Shown here one piece after another: positions 36,848-46,925 of a DNA stretch of 64,000 bases. The stretch's first letter is position 1. Each line of letters opens with the position of its first letter. Source of the DNA: Candidatus Latescibacterota bacterium (GTDB lineage Bacteria; Latescibacterota; UBA2968; GCA-2709665); NCBI GenBank assembly GCA_965203805.1, contig OZ241917.1:896001-960000 (forward strand), written 5' to 3'. The position numbers and the translations under genes are program-made. The notes under the pieces were generated by a model. It ran no database searches and was not told the DNA's origin. It saw only the letters and a list, made by a program, of their open reading frames with translations.

Positions 36848-38095
36848 TCAGAATACCTCTTCGGCTGATCCGCGAACGGCGGCCGCGAGCGCGTCGATTT
36901 TTTCTTCCGGAAACCAGGGATTTACGGTGGTCAGAAGGAGAACCCGCTGGAGCAGATCCTCCGTGCGGGGGCACAGTCCCGGTCCGTAGGTAACCTTGCC
37001 GCCGTAAACCGGCGAATTCCAGGGATTCGAGTGCGGTGAAGCCGTGGCCTGGTTCCGGATGGGCGGTCCCATATATACCGGTTTCCCGCCGTATCCGAGA
37101 CCGGCCGAATACCCGCGGTCCCTCATCGCTTTCGCAAACCGCGCGCACGTGTGCCGGTCTTCGAAGACGAGATCCCAATGTACGCCGAGGTGGCCGTCTT
37201 CGTCGTTTGCCGGCCTGATATTCACCCCGGGCACGCCGGCTACCGCCTCGCTGAATCGGCGGAACTTGCCGCGCAGGGCTTCGACGACATCATCCATTTT
37301 CTGCAGCTGCGAGAGCGCAACCGCCCCGGACATCTCGGGCATGCGGAAGTTCTCGCCCACGAACGGCTCCAGCGTCGGCTCGAATCCGGGAAATCGCGTC
37401 TTTTCCCGATACAGCCCCTGGTCGTGGTAGCGCACGGCGCGTTCGTAGAGTTCCGCATTGTCGGACAACACCACGCCGCCTTCTCCCGACGTGATAATCT
37501 TGCCGAATTGCAGGCTGAACGCGCCCAGATCGCCCCAGGTCCCAATGGCTCTTCCCTTGTAAGTCGCACCCGCGCTCTGGGAGCAATCTTCGATCACTCT
37601 CAATCCGTGCCTCGCCGCGACCTCCATTATGCCATCCATCCTGCACGGCGTGCCCCACAGGTGCACCGGAAGAATCGCCTTTGTCCTCGGCGTGATTCTT
37701 TCTTCGATGGCATCCGGGTCCAGTGTCATCGACCGGTCGACTTCGGCAAAGATCGGCACACCCCCAAGGAGGACGACTGCCCCCGGCGTGGCGACAAAGG
37801 TGACCGGCGGCATGATGACCTCGTCACCAGGACCGACACCCGCGGCAACCAGGGCGACCTTGATTGCGGCAGTCCCGGACGTGACCGCCAGGGCGTACGA
37901 CGAATCCATCTTCGCGGCGAAGCCCTGCTCGAAACGCGCCACCATATCCAGACGATCGGGACCGTAGTCCCTCGAAAGCGATCGACTCTTTATGACTGCC
38001 AGAACTTCCTGCACTTCCTCGTCGTCGAGCACGGACGCCCCGGCGTGGAGACTCCGTACCGGACTGTCCGGAGGTAATGCCCTTCTATTTGCCAT
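36848..38095 (-). CDS. DegT/DnrJ/EryC1/StrS PLP-dependent aminotransferase
   Basis: SGTAA, PVHLWG, IEDCSQ, FSLQFGKIITSGEGG (PLP Lys). Confidence 0.93.
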   Translation of the reverse strand: MANRRALPPDSPVRSLHAGASVLDDEEVQEVLAVIKSRSLSRDYGPDRLDMVARFEQGFAAKMDSSYALAVTSGTAAIKVALVAAGVGPGDEVIMPPVTFVATPGAVVLLGGVPIFAEVDRSMTLDPDAIEERITPRTKAILPVHLWGTPCRMDGIMEVAARHGLRVIEDCSQSAGATYKGRAIGTWGDLGAFSLQFGKIITSGEGGVVLSDNAELYERAVRYHDQGLYREKTRFPGFEPTLEPFVGENFRMPEMSGAVALSQLQKMDDVVEALRGKFRRFSEAVAGVPGVNIRPANDEDGHLGVHWDLVFEDRHTCARFAKAMRDRGYSAGLGYGGKPVYMGPPIRNQATASPHSNPWNSPVYGGKVTYGPGLCPRTEDLLQRVLLLTTVNPWFPEEKIDALAAAVRGSAEEVF

Positions 38096-38113
38096 CCCGA
38101 TTTCTCCCCTTCA

Positions 38114-39520
38114 TCATTCCGGCCAGACCGGCCTCAGAAAATCCCCGGTTTCACGCATCCAACCGGCGAGTCGGGTTCTCAGGTGGTCTCGCGCGGACCT
38201 GTGATTCGGGTCCTGCGCGAGATTCCGCATCTCGTGCGGGTCCGCGTTGCGATCGAATAGCTGATCCGCGTCGTGATGGTGATAGATGTATTTGCAGGAG
38301 TCCGTCACCACACCCCGGGTGTGGATCCCTCCTCGATTATACCCGTTGAACTCAACAAAAGCCTCGCCGGCTGTACGCACATGGGCATCCGCCAGGTCCG
38401 GCATCAGGCTCCTGCCCTGCACGCGGGCCATCGGCGGCAGATCCAGCAGGTCCAGAACCGTGGACGGCAGGTCCACGTGGGAACCGAACCCGCATCGATT
38501 GCCGGGTTCGATGCCCGGCGAGGATATCAGCAGCGGCAACTGGATGGATTCGGCGTAGAGCACGCCCTTCTGATAGAGGTTGTGTGCGCCGAGCATTTCT
38601 CCGTGGTCGCAGGTAAAGACAACCGTCGTATCGTCCGCACGCCCGCATGCCTCCAGGGCGTTCAGTACCGTGCCCACGCAGGAATCCAGAAACGCGACAA
38701 AACCCCAGTACGTGGCCGTTGCCAGCGCCCAGCGTTCCCAGGACCAGCCGCGCACGCACTGTGCGCCGGCCGCGTCTCGAACAGGCTCGGGAAGGGCATC
38801 CATGTTCTCGCCGAAGCTTGGCGGAGCCACCATCTCGTCTGGCGAAAACATGCTGTAATACGGTTCGGGAACCAATATGGGCGGGTGGGGACCGCCCAGA
38901 GAACACCAGGCGGCAAACGGACGGTCATTCGGCGCCGAACGGATGAATTCACTCACGTTTCGCGCGATCATCCTATCCGGATGCGTGTCAACCGGTTCCC
39001 GCCATCGCGCCGGCACCGGCGTGCTGACGGCCCAATCGTGCATCGCCCCGCTATCCGTAGGCGTGGATACAGGCGCCCTCTGGTCACCGTCTTTACCGCC
39101 CTGCGCAATCAGCATCCGCAGGTGGTCTTTGTATGGGAAGCCGCGCGGCGCGAAGTGGGCGTATTCCCGGGACCGGTCGTCCTCAGGATTCCGGTTGACA
39201 TGCCAGATCCCCTCGTATCCGACGTGATAGCCGCGATCCATAAGCACATCGGTCAGCAACTGCTCTCCGGCGTTGAGTGTTTCGTACCCCGCACCGAATG
39301 CCGTCGCGCCGTGCGCGTGCGGCCATCTCCCGGTCAGCATGGACGGGCGCGTGGGCACGCACAGGGGGGTTGCGCAGTAAAACTCCTGGAATACCGCGCT
39401 ACGCTGGGCCAGCCGATCCAGCCAGGGCGTCGGAATTCGCCCTCCGTAGGCGCCCAGCGTTTGTCGCTGAAGCTGATCGCAAAGAATCACAACGAGGTTT
39501 TTGGACCCGCTGCGGGACAT
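38114..39520 (-). CDS. Sulfatase-like hydrolase (Cys-type)
   Basis: ILCDQ, CVPTRPSMLTG (CxPxR), PHPP, DHGEMLG.H...K. Confidence 0.92.
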   Translation of the reverse strand: MSRSGSKNLVVILCDQLQRQTLGAYGGRIPTPWLDRLAQRSAVFQEFYCATPLCVPTRPSMLTGRWPHAHGATAFGAGYETLNAGEQLLTDVLMDRGYHVGYEGIWHVNRNPEDDRSREYAHFAPRGFPYKDHLRMLIAQGGKDGDQRAPVSTPTDSGAMHDWAVSTPVPARWREPVDTHPDRMIARNVSEFIRSAPNDRPFAAWCSLGGPHPPILVPEPYYSMFSPDEMVAPPSFGENMDALPEPVRDAAGAQCVRGWSWERWALATATYWGFVAFLDSCVGTVLNALEACGRADDTTVVFTCDHGEMLGAHNLYQKGVLYAESIQLPLLISSPGIEPGNRCGFGSHVDLPSTVLDLLDLPPMARVQGRSLMPDLADAHVRTAGEAFVEFNGYNRGGIHTRGVVTDSCKYIYHHHDADQLFDRNADPHEMRNLAQDPNHRSARDHLRTRLAGWMRETGDFLRPVWPE

Positions 39521-39612
39521 TCTCACCACGTGTCAGTAGACCTGTTGAACACGATTCGACGAACTGCCGTTCCGGATTCTGGAAGTGAATCCGGTAATTC
39601 ACGCGCACAACG

Positions 39613-40278
39613 CTACCGCGTATCGGCGGGGTCCGCCATCACGACGGAAACCGCGAGCCACCCCCCTACCGGGATGATATTCGAAACCAGCCGCGGGTGT
39701 TCCGCCACACGCCTGTTGTATTCCTGTATCCCTCGCCGGCCGTCGCCGGGTTCCAACGCTTCGTGTGCGTGGCCGTGACCGTTGGCGTTGTCGGCCACGA
39801 TCAGGCCGCCGACTCTCGTATTTTCCAACGCAAAATTCAGATACGTCGGGTAGTTTTCCTTGTCGGCATCGATAAACACGAGATCGAACGGTCCGTCTCC
39901 GACAAGTTCCTCCATCAGCTCCGCACCTTTTCCGGTGCGAACTTCCGTCCGGTCCTCCAATCCCGCGGCGGCGAGGTTCGCGCGGGTCACGTCGGCGTGC
40001 TTCGGGTCCACCTCGAGGGATACGAAGCGCCCGTCTTCCGGCAGCGCGCGCGCCAGCCAGATCCCGGAATAGCCCGCCAGGGCGCCGAATTCCAGGATTT
40101 TCTTCGCCCCGATGGCTTTCGCCAGCAGATACAGTGTCTTGCCCGATTCCGGACTGATTGAGATTGGCGGGAGCCCCTGCCTTGCCGCACTGGGCATGAC
40201 ACCTCTCAACACGTCGTCTTCCCGCGCGAATACTTCCCGCCGATAGGTTTCCAGATCCGGATAGGTCGATTCCGCCAT
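39613..40278 (-). CDS. O-methyltransferase (CCoAOMT/MdmC-like)
   Basis: ILEFGALAGYS, FDLVFIDADKENY, ADN. Confidence 0.92.
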   Translation of the reverse strand: MAESTYPDLETYRREVFAREDDVLRGVMPSAARQGLPPISISPESGKTLYLLAKAIGAKKILEFGALAGYSGIWLARALPEDGRFVSLEVDPKHADVTRANLAAAGLEDRTEVRTGKGAELMEELVGDGPFDLVFIDADKENYPTYLNFALENTRVGGLIVADNANGHGHAHEALEPGDGRRGIQEYNRRVAEHPRLVSNIIPVGGWLAVSVVMADPADTR

Positions 40279-40304
40279 CTGGCTCTCCCCGGATTCACGC
40301 GTCC

Positions 40305-41312
40305 TCACAGAGAATTGGCCTCCGCCCTTCTCATGAAAGCGCCAAAGTCAACAACGCACCCTTCATCCGATGCCGCGCCGAGTCCCTCCACCAGGCCCAC
40401 GGTAGGCAGATTCCGGTGTCCGCCGAAATCCGGTTCGACGCCCTCCGTCACGTACCGTTGAAACCCATCCAGCAGGACCTCCTCAGGCGCCGGGGCCTGG
40501 CCCAGTGAAATGACTTTGTCTTCGTCCGACCCCGGGGCGCGCAGGAGCAATCCGCTGTCGTTCAGTTCGAGGGCGCCGTCGTCCAGTTCCAACCTCAGGG
40601 CCGATCCGCCCTTGTGGGCCGCGAACGTGCAGAGGTAACCGCAGGTAGCCCCGCCCTCGAATTCGATCCATGCGTGGACGCCTGCACCGCCCTTATATGG
40701 ACTCCACGGCGGATTGAAGCTGTGCCCCCACATACGTACGGGATCCGCGTCGAACAGGAAGCGGAGGGTGTCGAGATCGTGTATGCCTCGCTCCCAGAGG
40801 TAGGCGTGTTCGTCGTCACCCGAATGGTGAACGCGGGGTCTCCAGCCGTACTTGGTCATCAGGCCGAACACCGGACGTCCGTAGGTACCCTCCTTCACGA
40901 GACGGTTGATCGTGACGTGTGCAGCCGCGAATCTGGCATTCTGGCAGACGGCCACCCGAACGCCCATGTCGTCGGCTTCGCGGATCACTCTGCACGCGTC
41001 CGCCAGGCTCTTCGTGAACGGCTTTTCCACCAGAACGTGTTTCCCCGCACGGACTGCCTGCAGGCACTGTTCGGCGTGCAGCTGCGGAGGCGTAATAACA
41101 ACCACGGCATCGGCTTCGACCCTTTCCATCGCTTCTTCAAGAGACCGGTAACATGCGGCGTCCGGCAACCCCGATTCCTCGCGGGCCGACCTCAAATTGC
41201 CTTCGTTCACATCGACGAGCGCTACGCTTTCGTAATCGGTTCGTTCCAGTACGCGACGAACAGGCCACCTCCCCCTGCCCCCGACACCCAGATGTATAAG
41301 ACGTATTGCCAT
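40305..41312 (-). CDS. Gfo/Idh/MocA-family oxidoreductase
   Basis: GVGGRG, TPPQLH, GKHVLVEKP, GIHDLD. Confidence 0.92.
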   Translation of the reverse strand: MAIRLIHLGVGGRGRWPVRRVLERTDYESVALVDVNEGNLRSAREESGLPDAACYRSLEEAMERVEADAVVVITPPQLHAEQCLQAVRAGKHVLVEKPFTKSLADACRVIREADDMGVRVAVCQNARFAAAHVTINRLVKEGTYGRPVFGLMTKYGWRPRVHHSGDDEHAYLWERGIHDLDTLRFLFDADPVRMWGHSFNPPWSPYKGGAGVHAWIEFEGGATCGYLCTFAAHKGGSALRLELDDGALELNDSGLLLRAPGSDEDKVISLGQAPAPEEVLLDGFQRYVTEGVEPDFGGHRNLPTVGLVEGLGAASDEGCVVDFGAFMRRAEANSL

Positions 41313-41608
41313 TCCGCCTCCTCGGAGGTTTGATTCGACGGCTTACCCCGATGGAACTTCCACTTCAGCACAATATAAGGAATCAACCGGCACGCCGCAC
41401 AATATTCCTTCGCCCCGTCTTCGCTCTGACGTCAGCGGACTGTTAATCCGGTTGACATCGACGTCCGAATGCGCTAATAATTGGCAGGGAACCTCGTGTC
41501 CTGTGCCCAAATACCCCACCATTCGCCCGACGATTCAGGCAACTTGATTCGGGGACAGAACACTCGGGCTTTTCACCTGTGCCGACTCGGACGGAGGAAG
41601 GAAAACGA

Positions 41609-43096
41609 ATGCTGGAAACCGTCGATCTTACGCGAAGGCTGAAAAAATCCAGGTATAAGGAGCTCATTCCGGATCTCGAACTGAAACTGGGCGATCTTCA
41701 GCGAAACGCCAGAAAGTGGAAGATCCCGATCGTGATCGTCTTCGAGGGCCTGGAGGCATCGGGCAAGGGAACCCATACCAACAAGCTTCTGCTGGCACTC
41801 GACCCCCGGGGTTTCAGCGTGTACCCGACCCATCCGGCCAACGAGGAAGAACGCAGAAAGCCCTTCCTCTGGCGTTTCTGGACGAAGATACCGGAGGGAG
41901 GGAGAATCGCGATTTTCGACCGATCCTGGTACGGACGCTTTATGGTGGAGCGAATGGACAAGACCATCACCGAACAGGACTGGATGCGGGCCTACGGCGA
42001 AATCAGATCTTTCGAGAAACAGCTCGTCGACGCGGGCGCTGTCATCGTCAAAATCTTCCTGCACATTTCCCAGGCCGAACAAAGGAAACGGTTCATGAAG
42101 CTTCAGAGCAGCCCGTCGACCGCCTGGCGAATCACGGACTATGACTGGCAGAAGCACGAGAACTACCCCGAATGCCTGTCGGTGGCCTCGGAAATGCTGA
42201 GAAAAACCCATTCGGAGTTTGCGCCCTGGACCGCGGTGGCGGCTGAGGAGTGGCGATCGGCAAATATCAAAATCTTCAAGACCGTGATTCACGCCGTTGA
42301 CGGCCGAGTCCGTCAGCTGGAAAATGGCGACCCCGCCACACGGCCAAAGCCTCAGAAACTTGAAAAAACTCCGTCGGGCCTGCTGGACGGCGTGGATCTC
42401 TCGAAATCCATGAAAAAGTCCGACTACCGAAAAGCCCTGAAGAAGTACCAGGTCCGCATCAAGAACCTGGAACACGAGGTCCACCGCCGCCGCATCCCGG
42501 TCGTGCTCGTCTACGAAGGTTGGGACGCGGCGGGTAAAGGCGGAAACATCAAACGTCTCGTGCAGAATATGGACCCCAGAGGATATGAGGTTATTCCCGT
42601 TTCGGCGCCCAATGACACCGAGATGGAACACCACTATCTCTGGCGATTCTGGAACCGAATGCCCAAGACCGGGCACATCACCATCTTTGACCGCTCCTGG
42701 TACGGGAGGGTCCTGGTTGAACGAATCGAGGGATTCTGTTCGGAGTCGGAGTGGAAACGCGCCTACAGAGAAATCAACGAAATGGAAGAACACCTGACGA
42801 ACTTTGGCGCCGTTATCCTCAAATTCTGGATGCACGTGGACAAAGACGAACAGCTCAACCGGTTCACGGATCGAAAAAAGCTCCCGCACAAGCGGTGGAA
42901 GCTGGGTGACGAGGACTGGAGAAACCGGGAGAAGTGGGATGAATACGAGGAAGCGGTCGAGGAAATGATCCATCGCACGAGCACACCCAACGCTCCCTGG
43001 GTGATTGTCGAATCCAACTCGAAGTATTACGCCAGAATCAAGGTGTTGAAAACCGTTACCCGAAAACTGGAGTCGCGCCTCGGCATCCGGCATTGA
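41609..43096 (+). CDS. Polyphosphate:AMP phosphotransferase (two-domain PPK2)
   Basis: Tandem PPK2 domains: EGLEASGKG / EGWDAAGKGG, LDPRG / MDPRG, FDRSWYGR twice. Confidence 0.93.
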   Translation: MLETVDLTRRLKKSRYKELIPDLELKLGDLQRNARKWKIPIVIVFEGLEASGKGTHTNKLLLALDPRGFSVYPTHPANEEERRKPFLWRFWTKIPEGGRIAIFDRSWYGRFMVERMDKTITEQDWMRAYGEIRSFEKQLVDAGAVIVKIFLHISQAEQRKRFMKLQSSPSTAWRITDYDWQKHENYPECLSVASEMLRKTHSEFAPWTAVAAEEWRSANIKIFKTVIHAVDGRVRQLENGDPATRPKPQKLEKTPSGLLDGVDLSKSMKKSDYRKALKKYQVRIKNLEHEVHRRRIPVVLVYEGWDAAGKGGNIKRLVQNMDPRGYEVIPVSAPNDTEMEHHYLWRFWNRMPKTGHITIFDRSWYGRVLVERIEGFCSESEWKRAYREINEMEEHLTNFGAVILKFWMHVDKDEQLNRFTDRKKLPHKRWKLGDEDWRNREKWDEYEEAVEEMIHRTSTPNAPWVIVESNSKYYARIKVLKTVTRKLESRLGIRH

Positions 43097-43129
43097 ATCC
43101 CGGTTCTGTCGCGCGAGAGGAGAGTTGCG

Positions 43130-44383
43130 ATGCAAGTCAAGGACATTGACATCACGTTCCTGGAGGTGCCCTTCACGCCGCACAGCAACGAACACCTCCA
43201 ATATTGGCTGCCCCAATGGCGCATCATCCAGATATGCAGGCTCACGATGGACAACGGTGTTTCGGGGTTCGGCGAAACCGTTCACAACTATACGTGGGCG
43301 CAGGTGCCGGAACGGATCGAGAGCCGGATTCGAAAACGGCCCGCCGCGGAGTTGTTGTGGGACGACAGTCTCGGCGCCGGCGTGCAGATGGCGTTGTTCG
43401 ACGCGGTTGGAAAGAACCTCGGTGTGCCTGTCTACCGATTGCTCGGTTCAAAGGTCCGGGACTGGTGCCCGATCTCGTGGTGGCACATGGACATGCCGCC
43501 CGAGGACTGGGCGGAAGAATGCCGCCAGGCCGTGAACGCCGGATACATGAGCGCCAAACTGAAAGCCCGTCCATGGTTCGATCTGCACGCATCCGTGAGA
43601 GCCGTACAGGAAGTGGTACCGGACGGGTTCCATCTCGACTTCGACTACAACGGTACGCTGGGCAATTCCGCAAACGCCGTGCCTCACTTGAAGGGACTCG
43701 AGGCCTACCCCGAAATTGCCATGGTGGAAACCCCGATTCCGCAGAACGACGTGGCCGGCAACCGCCAGATCCGTGCGCGTTTCAATCGGCCTCTCGCCAT
43801 GCACTACGGAAGCCCGCCCGCGATTACCGCGCTGAAGGAGGACGTGACGGACGGCTTCGTGTTGTGCGCGGGCGCGTCGCAGCTGTTGAGGCAGGCCGCC
43901 GTATGCGACGAAGCCAACAAGCCCTTCTGGCTGCAGCTTGTCGGAACGGGCATAACCACGGCGTGGGCGGCGCACCTGGGCGCCGTTCTGCCGCAGGCGC
44001 GGTGGCCGGCTATCACGTGCATGAACATCTGGGAACACCCGTTGATCGACGCGCCTCACAATGTGCGCGGCGGATTCTACAGAGTGCCGGAAGCGCCGGG
44101 ACTGGGCGTCAAAGTTGACGACGACGCATTAACTCGATACGCGGTCTCTCACGCCTGGTTGGATCCCCCGCGTCATCTCTACCGGTACGCCCGTGGCAAT
44201 GGGGAAATTACGTACTATGCCTGCAACCGGCAGGATCTTCACCGGGTTTACGTGGAAGACGCGCAGCCGATATCCGAACCCGGCTCGATCCTGGAAATCG
44301 TTCCAGACAACGGAGGCGAGGCGTTTCGGCGCCGGTATGAGGCCGCCTCACGCAATCCGGTCAGAGAACGCGCCACGCCCTGA
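43130..44383 (+). CDS. Mandelate racemase/muconate lactonizing enzyme family protein
   Basis: QMALFDAVGK..GVPVYRLLG, AKLKARP, DYN, ETP, PGLGV. Confidence 0.85.
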   Translation: MQVKDIDITFLEVPFTPHSNEHLQYWLPQWRIIQICRLTMDNGVSGFGETVHNYTWAQVPERIESRIRKRPAAELLWDDSLGAGVQMALFDAVGKNLGVPVYRLLGSKVRDWCPISWWHMDMPPEDWAEECRQAVNAGYMSAKLKARPWFDLHASVRAVQEVVPDGFHLDFDYNGTLGNSANAVPHLKGLEAYPEIAMVETPIPQNDVAGNRQIRARFNRPLAMHYGSPPAITALKEDVTDGFVLCAGASQLLRQAAVCDEANKPFWLQLVGTGITTAWAAHLGAVLPQARWPAITCMNIWEHPLIDAPHNVRGGFYRVPEAPGLGVKVDDDALTRYAVSHAWLDPPRHLYRYARGNGEITYYACNRQDLHRVYVEDAQPISEPGSILEIVPDNGGEAFRRRYEAASRNPVRERATP

Positions 44384-44411
44384 CGATTCTGCTCTCACGT
44401 CCACCTTAATG

Positions 44412-44448
44412 ATCAAGAGGGGCTTCCTTGAAGGAAGCCCCTCTTGAT
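44412..44448. terminator. Perfect 18-bp inverted repeat between convergent genes (probable bidirectional terminator)
   Basis: ATCAAGAGGGGCTTCCTT-G-AAGGAAGCCCCTCTTGAT. Confidence 0.7.
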
Positions 44449-44469
44449 TCCACACCTGTCCTCGCCGGG

Positions 44470-45777
44470 TCAGTTGACAAAGGCGTCGTATATGGCTCGC
44501 ACGGCCCGCTTGTAGTCGCCCTCTTCCACGCCCACGATGATGTTGATTTCAGACGCGCCCTGGTCGATCACACGGACGTTGACATTTGCGTTTGCAAGCG
44601 CGCTGAACAAACAGGCAGCAATACCGATGCGGTGCGACATGCCTTCTCCAACGGTTGCGATGAGCGCCAATCCCGGCAACAGTTCAACTCGGTCGGGCTG
44701 CAGGATCCGTCGAATGTCGTCGACGAGCCTCTCGCCTTTTTCACCCAGTTGATCATCACGCATGATAACCGACATCGTATCGATGCCGGACGGTGTGTGC
44801 TCGTAACTGATGTCGTGCGACGCCACCACCTCCAGCACCTGCCGGCCAAAGCCCTTCTGCTGGTTCATCATTGCCTTTTCGATAAACAACATCGTAAATG
44901 CCGGCTGTCCGGCGACACCGGCGATGAGTTCGTCGGTCAGTTCCCTGCGAGCGAGTATGCGGGTCCCTGGATCCTGAGGTCTGTTCGTATTGCGAATGTG
45001 GACGGGAATCCCGGCCGAGCGTACCGGAAACATGGCCTCGTCGTGGAAAACCGACGCCCCCATATACGCCAGTTCCCTTACTTCGCGATACGTGATTTCA
45101 CGAACCGGTCGCGCGTTCTTCACCAGGCCCGGATCGGCCATCAGCAGCCCGGATACGTCGGTCCAGTTCTCGTAGACCTCGGCGTCGACGGCCCGCGCCA
45201 CAATTGCACCCGTGATATCGGAACCACCCCGGGAGAACGTCTTTACCGCACCGCCCGGATCGCTGCCGTAGAACCCGGGCACGACGAATATCCCGTCGCC
45301 GTCGACCCGGTCCGCGAGGAGGCTGTAGCTGGCGGCGTCCAGTTCACCCCCTGGACGAAAACGGATAGCGTCCGCGGCGTCGATGAAGCTTGCGCCCAGA
45401 TAATCGGCCATGACGCGACCGCAAAGATACTCTCCCCTCGAAGCGACAAAATCCCGCGATGCCCCGTTTTCGATATCCGTTTTCAACCTGTCGAGCAGCC
45501 GGCCGATATCGAGCGGGACTCCCAGTTTCGTCGCCAGTTCTTCATATCGGGAACGCACCATTGCGTATGGCTCGGAAAAATCGAGATTCTGTCTGGCCAG
45601 TTCGTGGCACAGGTAGAGCAGGTCGGTGATTTTTGTATCCGCGTCGTTGCGCTTTCCCGGCGCTGACGGCACAATAAAGCGCCGGCGCGCATCGGATTCG
45701 ATGATACGCTTAACCTGCGCCACCTGCCGGTCGTCGGCCAGGGAACTCCCGCCGAATTTACACACGACCGCTCCCAT
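44470..45777 (-). CDS. lysC: Aspartate kinase with C-terminal ACT domains
   Basis: CKFGGSSLA, VPSAPGK, TFSRGGSDITG, ENWTDVSG, GASEINI. Confidence 0.93.
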   Translation of the reverse strand: MGAVVCKFGGSSLADDRQVAQVKRIIESDARRRFIVPSAPGKRNDADTKITDLLYLCHELARQNLDFSEPYAMVRSRYEELATKLGVPLDIGRLLDRLKTDIENGASRDFVASRGEYLCGRVMADYLGASFIDAADAIRFRPGGELDAASYSLLADRVDGDGIFVVPGFYGSDPGGAVKTFSRGGSDITGAIVARAVDAEVYENWTDVSGLLMADPGLVKNARPVREITYREVRELAYMGASVFHDEAMFPVRSAGIPVHIRNTNRPQDPGTRILARRELTDELIAGVAGQPAFTMLFIEKAMMNQQKGFGRQVLEVVASHDISYEHTPSGIDTMSVIMRDDQLGEKGERLVDDIRRILQPDRVELLPGLALIATVGEGMSHRIGIAACLFSALANANVNVRVIDQGASEINIIVGVEEGDYKRAVRAIYDAFVN

Positions 45778-45888
45778 ACCCGTGGTTCCACCTCCGTTTC
45801 ACACCCGATCCGGTTCCGGCCTGTTGCGTTTCCGGCCCGGTTGCGGGCACCCGCATTTTCCGATTGAAACCTGCCGGCATCGTATGCG

Positions 45889-46809
45889 TCAGGCAGGATT
45901 ACGCTTCTGAATCAGGCGAAGTTCCTTGAGCAATTCCTTTACGGACGTGAGTTCCGGATCGATGCGGAGCGCTTCGTTCAACGCGTCGATCGCCTTCTGC
46001 AGGGCCGACGCATCATTGCGACGATCGGACAATCGCCAGAAACACAGGCCGATTACGTGATGCGCCCTGGCCTGGTCGTCCTTTTCAAGGTACTGATAGG
46101 CCAGGGCTTTCCTCGCCAGGTCGATGCCTTCCTCGTAGCGGGCGGCCCGGAACGTGTAATACGCCGCGAATACCCTTGCATGTGCGATCGCGTCGTCGCC
46201 GACGGCATATTCCAGTCCGCGACTCACAATCCGAAGCGCTTCGGGATAACGCCTGACACCCTCCAGCATGCGCGCCACATCGGTGGCCTGCAGGCACAAT
46301 CTGTCTTTCCAGGCTTTATCCTCTTCAGTCGGACGAAACTCGTATTTCGACCAGAGACTGTCCTGCCGTTCCCATGCGAAAAGCACGCCCCGTATCAATT
46401 CGGGACGGCCCGTCATGGCGCCGGATCTGGCCGCCAGGTACGTGTTGTTGTAAAAGTGCCGGCCCAGTGCCCGGACAACCGGCGGGTATCCCGGCGCGAC
46501 AGAATCCACGCGCGAATAAACAGCGATCCATTCGCCGGCGTCAATAGAATCCGATCCCGCCAGCAGGGCCTGGGCCTTCACAAGCTGCTCGTGCCGTTCG
46601 GCGGCTCTCTCTCCAGACGGCGTCTCTCCGAATTCTTCGGCGATCCCGGCGTATTGCGCGATTGTTCGAGGAAGGTCTTCGACCCGCTCTTCCAGGTCTC
46701 GAAAAACCACATAATACAGCCGTTCCGCCTTCTTCGCCCTTCGCGCCGCCTCGTTGTCGCATCCAGCGAAAAAGGCCAGACAAAGGAATAGGAGAATTGC
46801 TTTGTGCAT
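45889..46809 (-). CDS. TPR-containing lipoprotein, hypothetical
   Basis: MHKAILLFLCLAFFAGC lipobox; helical TPR-like C-terminus. Confidence 0.7.
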   Translation of the reverse strand: MHKAILLFLCLAFFAGCDNEAARRAKKAERLYYVVFRDLEERVEDLPRTIAQYAGIAEEFGETPSGERAAERHEQLVKAQALLAGSDSIDAGEWIAVYSRVDSVAPGYPPVVRALGRHFYNNTYLAARSGAMTGRPELIRGVLFAWERQDSLWSKYEFRPTEEDKAWKDRLCLQATDVARMLEGVRRYPEALRIVSRGLEYAVGDDAIAHARVFAAYYTFRAARYEEGIDLARKALAYQYLEKDDQARAHHVIGLCFWRLSDRRNDASALQKAIDALNEALRIDPELTSVKELLKELRLIQKRNPA

Positions 46810-46925
46810 TTCGAATCGCTCCCCGAGTGTAACTTTTCTCGCGCAATCATCGCGCGGTTTCACGATCGTTACGCCCCTACTTCGCGTCCCGGCGTACGCG
46901 GTGTCGGAGCCTGAACGGTTCGACG

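Noticed and set aside
41573-43285. 570-aa minus-strand ORF (and similar long shadows at 13313-14857, 15295-16695, 28995-30269, 38273-39778)
   Set aside because: These are antisense to well-supported genes, have no motifs, and are expected from codon bias in high-GC DNA
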